Below, piece after piece: positions 47,772 through 55,946 of a DNA stretch of 64,000 nucleotides (its first letter is position 1; each line of letters starts with the position of its first letter). The translations under genes and the position numbers were made by a program. Source of the stretch: Patescibacteria group bacterium (GTDB taxonomy: Bacteria; Patescibacteriota; Minisyncoccia; Phycocordibacterales; SIBU01); the NCBI GenBank assembly GCA_040390045.1, contig JAZJZC010000001.1, positions 254,318-318,317 on the forward strand, in the 5' to 3' direction. The notes beneath the pieces were generated by a model, which saw only the letters and a list, made by a program, of their open reading frames with translations, was not told the origin of the DNA and made no database searches.

Positions 47772-49146
47772 TTGGAAACCATTTCTTAATCAAACAACGA
47801 CGTAATACTACAAACCCGTAGACCGCGAAAGTAAATATAAAAACATTCACCGGAATCCGGAAACGCCCGTTCATGCCAAAGCCGTTGGCTGAGGTGAGGA
47901 CTGCAAAATAGGCTACCATTATAAGTCCCGTATAGGCAAACGGAGAAAATTTTTCCTTATACAAATACAGCGCGGCGCCGGCAAAAAATAATAGTGTAAT
48001 TGCAATCCAAAATAATCGCACCAAAAGCACAAAAATTCCGGGAGAGCTCGCGTACATCAAAATATCCCGCGCTAATTCGAGCGGATCGGTCAAAAGCAAA
48101 ACCAGCGCCGGCTTGTGCAACACATTTGGAATACTAATTCCTCCGTACCCAAGCACCGTGAGCATGTGATCGTGCGTAAAAAAAGTCACCATGCTAATGC
48201 CCATAGATTTCAAAAGTGCCACTTTATGTTGCATCAAAACCGCCACCGACTTGTCAGTGTAGAAACGTGAATTAGAAAGATCGGCTGGACCACCGGGAAC
48301 TTCATCGACGATTGGAATTGCGCTGAGCTCAGATTCATAACTCGTCCCCTTGTCGATCGAAAGCACGGTAGGCACAAGCACAGTGTAGAGATTGTACGCG
48401 GGCTGAGCAGTCAAACCCCACACCCCAAACTCTTTCTTATTTCTGAGCACCCAAGGCAGAAGAACTAAAGCAACAACAAAAACAAAACAGAGTAACTGTT
48501 TGAAAAACCGGAGCGACAATTGTTTTCGGTAATGCAACAATAACAAAACCGGAATGATAATCGGCAAAAATTGCACCGTCGGCTTAATCAAAATTGAAAG
48601 TCCCAGGAAAAACCCGGCGAGCGCAATTGATTTAGTAGCTTGAGAATCCAAATATCTAAAAATAAAAACCAAAAACAACAAGAATAAAAAGGTAAAACTG
48701 GTTTCTGAAACCACCATGGTGGAAGAATAAATAGCTGCTGGCTCAAGCGCCAGAAAAAGACCAACGAGCCACGTGTACCGGCTTGGGAAAATTTTTCCTG
48801 CGAGATACATCCCAAGAATCGGAATGAGGCTCGAAAGGATGAGTTGGAAAATGTACACCGGCACATACGAGTGAAAAATTTTAGCGATCAACGCCATTGT
48901 GACAATCCATGCTGGTGGACGCATAGCGTTTGGCACAAACGGGGCTTGTGCAGATTCTGAATAGCCATTACCCGCGATTAAATTTTCACTAATTTCGAAA
49001 TAGCCATCCGCACCGCGAACCGTTCCAATAAAGTCGCCGTGATTGAAATTTAAATACACAAAAAAAAGCCCTAACCGAAGAGCAACCGCAATACTGAAAA
49101 TTATCATATAAGCCTTGTGTTTTTGGAAAAAAGCCCTGAAATTCAT
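47764..49146 (-). CDS. GT-C (ArnT/PMT-like) membrane glycosyltransferase
   Basis: D.Y...SENL..G.GY, RPP, SET.F, IKP, PW..RN, RFR.P. Confidence 0.82.
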   Translation of the reverse strand: MNFRAFFQKHKAYMIIFSIAVALRLGLFFVYLNFNHGDFIGTVRGADGYFEISENLIAGNGYSESAQAPFVPNAMRPPAWIVTMALIAKIFHSYVPVYIFQLILSSLIPILGMYLAGKIFPSRYTWLVGLFLALEPAAIYSSTMVVSETSFTFLFLLFLVFIFRYLDSQATKSIALAGFFLGLSILIKPTVQFLPIIIPVLLLLHYRKQLSLRFFKQLLCFVFVVALVLLPWVLRNKKEFGVWGLTAQPAYNLYTVLVPTVLSIDKGTSYESELSAIPIVDEVPGGPADLSNSRFYTDKSVAVLMQHKVALLKSMGISMVTFFTHDHMLTVLGYGGISIPNVLHKPALVLLLTDPLELARDILMYASSPGIFVLLVRLFWIAITLLFFAGAALYLYKEKFSPFAYTGLIMVAYFAVLTSANGFGMNGRFRIPVNVFIFTFAVYGFVVLRRCLIKKWFPNA

Positions 49147-49189
49147 ACTGGGTATACTAGCACTCGATTTCTCAATACAAAAGCCTCAC

Positions 49190-49648
49190 TTACTTTGTCC
49201 GTTTGAAAATAAAAAGACGATAAATAAAAAAAGTGACACAGGCAATTCCTATAGTCACAAGTAACTTTGAGAAAATATACCAAAGATGCAACACTTCAAC
49301 TAAAACGTACATCAAGGCGGCTGTCACAAAATAATTGGCGAGCGCGACTAAAAAATACCACGTAGCCTGAGCATGAACTCGATCGACAGATGTGTCTTCA
49401 AAAGCCCAAAATTTTTGTAGCGTAAAGCTGACGCAAAATCCAACAAGAAACCCGGCACTGACTGCCGGCACCAAAGACATACCCAAAAAATCTTTACAAA
49501 CGTAGAGTGTGCTCGTGTCAGTTACAAAAGCCGCTCCACCAGAAAAAATAAAAGCAATAACGGTTCGTCTCTTAAAAAGAATACTGTGAACTTTTGGCGA
49601 AAGCGTTTGCAGAAAATTCCAGACGCTTGTTTCGAGCTTCTTGAGCAT
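49190..49648 (-). CDS. gtrA: GtrA-family flippase-like protein
   Basis: F...GG.....D, SF.LQKFWAF, LHLWY..S; four TM segments. Confidence 0.85.
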   Translation of the reverse strand: MLKKLETSVWNFLQTLSPKVHSILFKRRTVIAFIFSGGAAFVTDTSTLYVCKDFLGMSLVPAVSAGFLVGFCVSFTLQKFWAFEDTSVDRVHAQATWYFLVALANYFVTAALMYVLVEVLHLWYIFSKLLVTIGIACVTFFIYRLFIFKRTK

Positions 49649-50547
49649 TAATTGTTTTTAAATCGTTTTAGGAAATCAGAACCGTACACACCAGTTAAAA
49701 GATCCAAATCCTTTTTGCTCTTCATCAACAGATCAACATTTTTATCTCGCAAACTTTCCAAAACTTCGACGCCATATGTATCCCCCACCATTTTTTCGTA
49801 CAATTCTGAAAACGCCGCGAAGTCTTTAATAAAACAGTGCCCTCCGGCGCCTCGTCCACTCTTGTGTACCGGCTCCAAATGACTCGCTCCAATCCGCGGA
49901 TCAGCAGCCACAGCATTCTTCACCGTAGACCAATCAATATTTTCTTTTTCTGCCAAATCATGAAAAATGTTGGCAAAGATTAATTTAAAATAGAAAAAAC
50001 AATTTCCTGCGTATTTTATAAGTTCCGCTTCTTTTGCTCCGGTGATTAATTCAAACGGAGCTTTCGGCAAAATCGCCATCACATCCTTCGCCTTAGCCGC
50101 GTGCTCTTTCGAATCTTTTGGAACACCGATAATGTTCCGCTCAGGCTCTGCCGCGTCTTTACTTGCGGTCACTTCTCGTAAAAATTCTGGAGAATGGAAA
50201 ACGTAGATATCTGGATTTTCATTTTGAATGGAAAGCGTCGTGCCAGGAACAATGGTTGATTTAATAACAGCTGTCTTCCCCTTCCCCAAAAGTTTTACGG
50301 CATCACGAATAATATGATCATCAAACCCTTCACTCGTAGTCGGTGTTGGGACTGCGATAAAAACCACATCACAATCTTTAATTTTTGATTTGTTTTGTAT
50401 GTATGGCGTTTCCAATGAATAGCGGACAATAGAAAATCCTCGATTTTCAAAATCATCTGCGTAGGCCTTTCCCACAAAACCCTGGCCAATAAAGCCGACA
50501 AGTGGCTTAGCCTTACTATTTGATTTGGCGGCTTTTTTTGTTGGCAT
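49648..50547 (-). CDS. UDP-glucose/GDP-mannose dehydrogenase family (short form, no C-terminal domain)
   Basis: GQGFVG, AVPTP, IKST..PGT, SPEFLRE, AELIKY, DPRIG, GGHCF.KD. Confidence 0.88.
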   Translation of the reverse strand: MPTKKAAKSNSKAKPLVGFIGQGFVGKAYADDFENRGFSIVRYSLETPYIQNKSKIKDCDVVFIAVPTPTTSEGFDDHIIRDAVKLLGKGKTAVIKSTIVPGTTLSIQNENPDIYVFHSPEFLREVTASKDAAEPERNIIGVPKDSKEHAAKAKDVMAILPKAPFELITGAKEAELIKYAGNCFFYFKLIFANIFHDLAEKENIDWSTVKNAVAADPRIGASHLEPVHKSGRGAGGHCFIKDFAAFSELYEKMVGDTYGVEVLESLRDKNVDLLMKSKKDLDLLTGVYGSDFLKRFKNN

Positions 50548-50605
50548 AATTCGACTATTTTACACGAAATTTGACTCTAAGCAAAACATATCCCCCCTCT
50601 CGCAA

Positions 50606-51781
50606 TTAGTTCGATTGGTACGCCCCCTCAATTGAATTTTTGTACTCATGTAAATACTGTTCTTTAGTTTTTGCCAATTCGTCCACCGCGTGCGGTGCAA
50701 TTTGCAAAGCATAAAAAGTTCTCAACTGATTATCTTCTATGAGTTGCGAAATGGTGGAAACAAAACAATTCAAATCATTAACAGGACAATCAAATGAGTG
50801 ACCTTTGTGATTAAGTAGTTCCGGTGCGATGCCCACATCAGATGAAACGGCAGGACAACCACTTGCCACTGCTTCAAAAAGCGCTAACCCAAAACCTTCA
50901 TACAAAGAAGTTTGAAGATACAAATTGGCAGTTTTGTAATAGGAAATCGTGTCATGTTGCCAACCTTCAAAAACCACATTTTTAGAAAGCTGTAAGCTGT
51001 TAGCTTGTAGCTGTAAGCTTCTTTTCAGTGGTCCATCACCAACAATCACCAGTCCCGTCGTTGGATATTTTTTAACCAACTTTTTTAAAATTCGCAGAGC
51101 AAACTGAACATTTTTTTCATACGTTAACCGAGCCACTACCAAAATAATAAAACCGAAATGGGAATACTTTTGCTGGAGACTGAAACTTGGTTCGGCGCTT
51201 CGAAGTTTTTCAACGTCCGTAAAAATCGGCAGTATCTTAGTTCGTAATTCGAAATTCCTAATTCGTAATTCTTTCAAAGAATTGAAAATTCTTTGACTAA
51301 CAACACGAATGGCATTCGCTTTGGGCAACACGCGCCTTGCAATTAAAACACGCACCCTATTGAGAAAAGAGGCTCTTTTAAAATACGGATTAAGAAAATC
51401 AGTGTGAATTTGAATGTGCAGTGGCAACTTGAACCGCGTGGCAATTTTCATCGCCACGTAACCGGTTTCAAAAGGATCCTGCCCTGTAATAACGGAATTA
51501 GGAATTAGGAATTTCGAATTACGAATAATACGCTTCCCAATCCAAATGGCGTCAAAAATATAAAACCATCGATTCCAAGAATTTGTACGATATATCGTAC
51601 AATTAGGAGCGATCTGTATCTTATGCTCCGTGGTCTGTGTTCCGTGGTCTGTTCTCCTCGTCGAGAATACAACGATGTGAAGTTCCTCAAAAAGCCCCGC
51701 ATATTCAACCATCCGCGCGCGAACTGCGCTTCCCTCTTCAAATATTTTCCGATCACTGCTTATTGATAAAACCTTGGTCAT
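50606..51781 (-). CDS. GT4 glycosyltransferase carrying four in-frame heptamer arrays
   Basis: QDPFETG, QIHTD, VARL..EK, GDGP, YEGFG...EA...G.P.VSSDVG. Confidence 0.93.
   Translation of the reverse strand: MTKVLSISSDRKIFEEGSAVRARMVEYAGLFEELHIVVFSTRRTDHGTQTTEHKIQIAPNCTIYRTNSWNRWFYIFDAIWIGKRIIRNSKFLIPNSVITGQDPFETGYVAMKIATRFKLPLHIQIHTDFLNPYFKRASFLNRVRVLIARRVLPKANAIRVVSQRIFNSLKELRIRNFELRTKILPIFTDVEKLRSAEPSFSLQQKYSHFGFIILVVARLTYEKNVQFALRILKKLVKKYPTTGLVIVGDGPLKRSLQLQANSLQLSKNVVFEGWQHDTISYYKTANLYLQTSLYEGFGLALFEAVASGCPAVSSDVGIAPELLNHKGHSFDCPVNDLNCFVSTISQLIEDNQLRTFYALQIAPHAVDELAKTKEQYLHEYKNSIEGAYQSN
50988..51019. repeat. 7-bp tandem array (agctNNN)
   Basis: agctgta agctgtt agcttgt agctgta agct. Confidence 0.8.
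51241..51271. repeat. 7-bp tandem array; left arm of a 31-bp inverted repeat
   Basis: ttcgtaa ttcgaaa ttcctaa ttcgtaa ttc. Confidence 0.85.
51494..51528. repeat. 7-bp tandem array; right arm of a 31-bp inverted repeat
   Basis: ggaatta ggaatta ggaattt cgaatta cgaataa. Confidence 0.85.
51613..51654. repeat. 7-bp tandem array, (tcYgtgK)n family
   Basis: tctgtat cttatgc tccgtgg tctgtgt tccgtgg tctgttc. Confidence 0.75.
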
Positions 51782-52794
51782 ACTTTTTTGCTAATTTCCA
51801 AAAACTCACGGCTAATGTCTTCCCACGTATGAACAAAATTGAACGCTTCAACCTTTTTTTTCTGAGCTTCGTAATTTTCAGGATTCGAAAGCCACAGGAT
51901 TTTTTCGGCTATTTCTTGAATGTTTTCAGGATCGACAAAAATGGCGCAGTTTGTAATCCGTTCATGGAGACCAGTTTCGCGTGTCAAAATAAAAGGCTTA
52001 TTGAAACGAATCGAATCTAAAATCGAATTGGGGCTAATATCGCCCAAAGAAACCAAGATAACCGCGTAGGCTTTAGAAATTTTATCCATAAAAACTTCAA
52101 ACGTGGCATTCCTGACATCGAGCGAAATAGAATCATCGTGAGTTTTAGCCTTCGAAAAAGCTTCTAACAGTCGCGTATTGTTCTTCCATTTGAGCAATCT
52201 TGTTCCAGCGATAAAATTTTTATCTGTTGGTGTATGTGAAATTTCCTTTGGTCCGTAAAAATTTTCCACCACAAAAAGTTTTGCCGAATGTAATTGGTAG
52301 GCTTTTTGAAAAATATCCTTTTGCCACTCAGTACTAAAAATAACCGCATTTGATTTTTGCAATACAAACTTGGTCAAAGAAAATAAAAATTTTTCTTTTC
52401 TAGAAAATTTCCCAACCGACTCAGTATAAAAATTTCGGAATAACACCAAATCCCCCGTCCGCTCAACAAAGGATTCCCACAAAAAATCTCCTCCAGTCCG
52501 AACGATACATTTCTTCCCCAAAAGCCTCGCCGCTAAAAGCGTTGGCAGGGCGACACTAAACGTATCAAAAGCAAAAATCACATCCGTTTTAAAAACCGCG
52601 GAAAGAATTCTAAAAAAGAAATATGCGTGTCGAATACCCGTCGGCAATCGTCTTTCAAAACTGAAAAATTTTACCGCAACGGTATGCCCATCTTTTTTAA
52701 AAATGGTTTCTAAATTTTTACTGTATTGTGCTGGACCGCCAATATCTGGCGGGTAAATACCCGTAGCAATGAGAATTTTCATCTGATTAAGCAT
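51778..52794 (-). CDS. GT4 glycosyltransferase
   Basis: MKILIATGIYPPDIGGPA, RTGGDFLWE, EN. Confidence 0.88.
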   Translation of the reverse strand: MLNQMKILIATGIYPPDIGGPAQYSKNLETIFKKDGHTVAVKFFSFERRLPTGIRHAYFFFRILSAVFKTDVIFAFDTFSVALPTLLAARLLGKKCIVRTGGDFLWESFVERTGDLVLFRNFYTESVGKFSRKEKFLFSLTKFVLQKSNAVIFSTEWQKDIFQKAYQLHSAKLFVVENFYGPKEISHTPTDKNFIAGTRLLKWKNNTRLLEAFSKAKTHDDSISLDVRNATFEVFMDKISKAYAVILVSLGDISPNSILDSIRFNKPFILTRETGLHERITNCAIFVDPENIQEIAEKILWLSNPENYEAQKKKVEAFNFVHTWEDISREFLEISKKV

Positions 52795-52808
52795 ACCGTT
52801 AATACAAT

Positions 52809-52964
52809 AAAGGGTATTGAACCACAGGGCAAGCCCTGCACCCTAAATGAAATCAAAAACTCGCCTTCCTTCAGCGGTGCAGTGGGTAATCAACCCTTTG
52901 TTGCGACTTCGACTCGGACGCTGTGTACAATCAGAATTGTACACGCGCTCCTCGCTCGTCGCAA
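52809..52964. repeat. Structured intergenic element (two nested imperfect palindromes)
   Basis: aaagggt..tgcacc / ggtgca..acccttt; ttgcgac..gtgtacaat/attgtacac..gtcgcaa. Confidence 0.6.
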
Positions 52965-52991
52965 TAAAAAACAAAGCCCGAGAGAGCTTTG

Positions 52992-53849
52992 TTACACGAA
53001 TATTTTCTCCGGCACAAGCACAGGTGACCTGAACTTACAGAAACTTAGTAATCCGAGATCAGCTTCGTGGCCGCCGCGACAAGACATGATCGTTCCCGCC
53101 ATCAAAGCACTGTGGTGACTGAGTGCTGTGCCACCCAAAATATCTTGCACTCGGTGGAATAGGAATTTCTGAAGAGCTTGAGCTTTTGAGTATTTCTGCG
53201 GCCAACAAACGGTGTTGATCATCGGTGAACCGAAGAGCGATGCCAACCAACAAAAGGCATACCGCCGCTTCGGAGGCCAACCTTGAGCTCTGGCCCGAAA
53301 GATTTCCTCAAGCACTTCCAGATCTCCAGGAAAAACCAAGTGAGCGTTTTTTTCCCCAAGCCCTGGGTAATTGATTTCTACCCTAACTTGGAGATTTGGC
53401 ATACTCTCAAACCTGATCGGGCACAAAGTGACTGAGCGACCCGAAACTGAATAGCCCCACTCGTACTTTCGCGTTGGCGTTATCCACGAAACGTTCTCGT
53501 CAATCTCAAGGGTTTTAGGCTTAACTACATCCCACAAATCCCAACACCGCCCGTGGTACGGAGGCCAACCCGAGCCCGTAACGATGACACCGTCGAGCCC
53601 GGTAAATCGCAGAGGGAGAACGTGCTCAATGATCCGAAGCTTCAAGCCTTCGTGATGAAGGTACAGAAAGCGAAACAATTTACTGTACTTGGCAATCCGC
53701 CAATCGATAGGAAGAAGTAAGTTATGACCCAGATACGGTTTCCAATGCCACCCGGGCTCGTCCGTTGGTGAAAGCGTGAGCCACGCCTTTCTTCCGAAGC
53801 AGTCAAGACCAGTGATAGTCACCGGTTTCTTTAAACGCAGTTTTTTCAT
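52992..53849 (-). CDS. Divergent LpxC-like Zn deacetylase (orphan cassette)
   Basis: LKKPVTITG..G....LTL.P, IIEHVL....GLD, IFRARAQGW, FLFHRVQDILG, RGGH collinear with LpxC; TTGACA-17-TAAGGT at 53904-53876; terminator at 52966-52993. Confidence 0.75.
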   Translation of the reverse strand: MKKLRLKKPVTITGLDCFGRKAWLTLSPTDEPGWHWKPYLGHNLLLPIDWRIAKYSKLFRFLYLHHEGLKLRIIEHVLPLRFTGLDGVIVTGSGWPPYHGRCWDLWDVVKPKTLEIDENVSWITPTRKYEWGYSVSGRSVTLCPIRFESMPNLQVRVEINYPGLGEKNAHLVFPGDLEVLEEIFRARAQGWPPKRRYAFCWLASLFGSPMINTVCWPQKYSKAQALQKFLFHRVQDILGGTALSHHSALMAGTIMSCRGGHEADLGLLSFCKFRSPVLVPEKIFV

Positions 53850-53910
53850 AGGAACAACCAAAGTTTTCTAAACAAACCTTACTGAAAAAAATCCTGCTTG
53901 TCAAACAAAA

Positions 53911-55098
53911 CTAGACCTGCTCAAAAACTTCCTCTTTCATACGTTTTGCGACGAGGCTCCAATCATATTTTTCCTCTACCATTGCTAAGGCATTATCGAT
54001 AATATATTTTCTTGATTCAAAATCTTTCATCAGTTTCTCAACTTTAAGCGCAATGCTTTTTGGATTTCCTACTTCACAAAATAGTCCTGTCTCGCCATCT
54101 TTCAAGAAATCTAATATGCCGCCGACCGGAGTGGCAATGACTGGAAGTCCGGCCGCCATAGCTTCAATAAAAGAATTACCCATGCCTTCTGAAAGCGAAG
54201 GACGGATGAAAATGTCAGACGCCCACAAATACGGTGGCAGATTTTCATGAGAAATAAATCCCGCAAAATTTATTCGATCATGAAGCTTTAAGCTATCAGC
54301 TTGCAGCTTTAAGCTTTTGTGAAGCTCTCCAGTTCCAATAATCAAAAATTTTACATTTTCAGGCAAATACTGAAGCGCATCAATAATATCTCCAACAGCG
54401 TTTTTAACCACCAGGCGTGATGTTGTGACAATCACGGTATCATCTTCCCCGAACCTAAATTCGCTGCGAATTCGGGTTCGTTCCTCTACTTTTAACTTTT
54501 CACTTTCAACTTTAAACTTGCGGACGTCGACGCCATTCGGTACAACTACTGGCGACGTCCGCGCCCCCATCTCCCTCGCAAAATCCGCCAAGTAATGTGA
54601 AATGGTTTGAATTCTGTTGGCTTTCGTAAAAATCATTTTAAAAATCGGGTACATGAGACCAACGCGGCGTTTAATGTAGGAAATCGGATCGCCTTCCTGC
54701 AACGTCAGGACAAAAGGAATTTCGGGTTTACAAAGTTTAAAAAATAGCGCACCAAATCCGGCGTAGTTGGCCATCACTGACCAAATGACATCATAGTGAT
54801 TTTTTCGATGAAGCGAGAGTGCTTTGAAAAAAGCAAAAAATGGAAAAAAATATTTATAAATTTTAAATTTAGCAAGAAAGGCATTGTCCCCCGCTCGCCA
54901 GCCAAAACCAACTCGGTACACATTGACGTTACCGATCCGTTCAAACTTTGGCGCACTCTTGCGTAGCGTAATCATGTCGAAAGAAATTTCCTCGGGGGAA
55001 ATCCTGTCCGTAATTTCTTTCACTGCCACTTCTGCCCCTCCGATAAATCGCGGATAGTAGACTAAAGAAAAAATTAAAATTCGTTTCGTTTTATTCAT
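53911..55098 (-). CDS. GT4 glycosyltransferase carrying two in-frame heptamer arrays
   Basis: GGAE, PNGVD, SRLV.KN, PSLSEGMGNSFIEAMAAGLPVIATPVGG. Confidence 0.94.
   Translation of the reverse strand: MNKTKRILIFSLVYYPRFIGGAEVAVKEITDRISPEEISFDMITLRKSAPKFERIGNVNVYRVGFGWRAGDNAFLAKFKIYKYFFPFFAFFKALSLHRKNHYDVIWSVMANYAGFGALFFKLCKPEIPFVLTLQEGDPISYIKRRVGLMYPIFKMIFTKANRIQTISHYLADFAREMGARTSPVVVPNGVDVRKFKVESEKLKVEERTRIRSEFRFGEDDTVIVTTSRLVVKNAVGDIIDALQYLPENVKFLIIGTGELHKSLKLQADSLKLHDRINFAGFISHENLPPYLWASDIFIRPSLSEGMGNSFIEAMAAGLPVIATPVGGILDFLKDGETGLFCEVGNPKSIALKVEKLMKDFESRKYIIDNALAMVEEKYDWSLVAKRMKEEVFEQV
54284..54316. repeat. 7-bp tandem array (agctNNN)
   Basis: agcttta agctatc agcttgc agcttta agctt. Confidence 0.8.
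54488..54519. repeat. 7-bp tandem array (actttNN)
   Basis: actttta acttttc actttca actttaa actt; encodes KFKVESEKLKVE. Confidence 0.8.
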
Positions 55099-55109
55099 AA
55101 TTATTCAGC

Positions 55110-55946
55110 TTACTCTAGTATCGTATATTCATCCGCCTTACTTTCAGTGGTAGTTTGTTTTGGTTTGGCGACAAACAATCCCAATGCTCCCAGTGCAATC
55201 ACCCCAGCCAAGGCATAAAACCAAACAGACGTGCCAGAAGTTACCTGTGGCTTATCAGTATACGAAACCTTTGTTGAGTTGGATACATTGGCGAGCGAAG
55301 TGTCTTGAACACCGCTCTCCTTCGAAACTTCAACCGGCGAAACCGCAGGCTTAGGTTTGGAAACAGGAACTTCAGTTACTTTTTTCGGTTCAACCGTTTT
55401 TGTAACCGGAGCCGCTACCACTGCTGTTTTTGGTTTTGATTCTTGGTTAACATGTCCGGGTGTCGGAGGCAATGATTTCCAACTACCGTTTATTTTTTGC
55501 AACGAATTACCTTCCAAATAGGTTTTTTCTCCCGTGTACGAAACTGTGTCTTCAACCGTTGTGCTACTACTTTTCAAAATTAAAATTTCCCCCGTCTGAC
55601 TTAAAGAAAATGTGCTATCAAAAATCGTCCCAACAAACTGAGGCCAATCAGTTAAAAACTTTTTAGGATCATCGGCAATAACAGCAAAACCACCCGAGAG
55701 AATTGTAGGGCTTCCTTGAAACAGCGACAATTTGTGGTTGGTCTCCCCTTCTAGAAATTTCCACGTTGAAGTTGAGATGGTCACTGCTTCCAAACCAACA
55801 TTGGTAATTTCAACCCACTCTCGTCCACCATCAGCGCCAAAGGCGTCATACATAATTTCGTTAAAAGCCACTCCCGCAAAAGCAGTCCTAACAAAGAATA
55901 GGCTTGCGAAAATGATTACGAAAAAAAATCTATGAGCGCTCATCAT
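55110..55946 (-). CDS. Secreted lamin-tail-domain protein with P/T/V/K-rich stalk and C-terminal membrane anchor
   Basis: Signal peptide (..AFA), NEIMYD..G.D..REWVEI.N, PTPG, C-terminal TM. Confidence 0.85.
   Translation of the reverse strand: MMSAHRFFFVIIFASLFFVRTAFAGVAFNEIMYDAFGADGGREWVEITNVGLEAVTISTSTWKFLEGETNHKLSLFQGSPTILSGGFAVIADDPKKFLTDWPQFVGTIFDSTFSLSQTGEILILKSSSTTVEDTVSYTGEKTYLEGNSLQKINGSWKSLPPTPGHVNQESKPKTAVVAAPVTKTVEPKKVTEVPVSKPKPAVSPVEVSKESGVQDTSLANVSNSTKVSYTDKPQVTSGTSVWFYALAGVIALGALGLFVAKPKQTTTESKADEYTILE

Noticed and set aside
49648-50547. Truncated ugd pseudogene
   Set aside because: Catalytic motifs are intact, the ORF is coupled to gtrA, and short forms are plausible; no remnant C-terminus is visible.
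52726-53118. ORFs on the + strand across the structured spacer
   Set aside because: They are antisense to the GT4 and LpxC-like genes and show no motifs.
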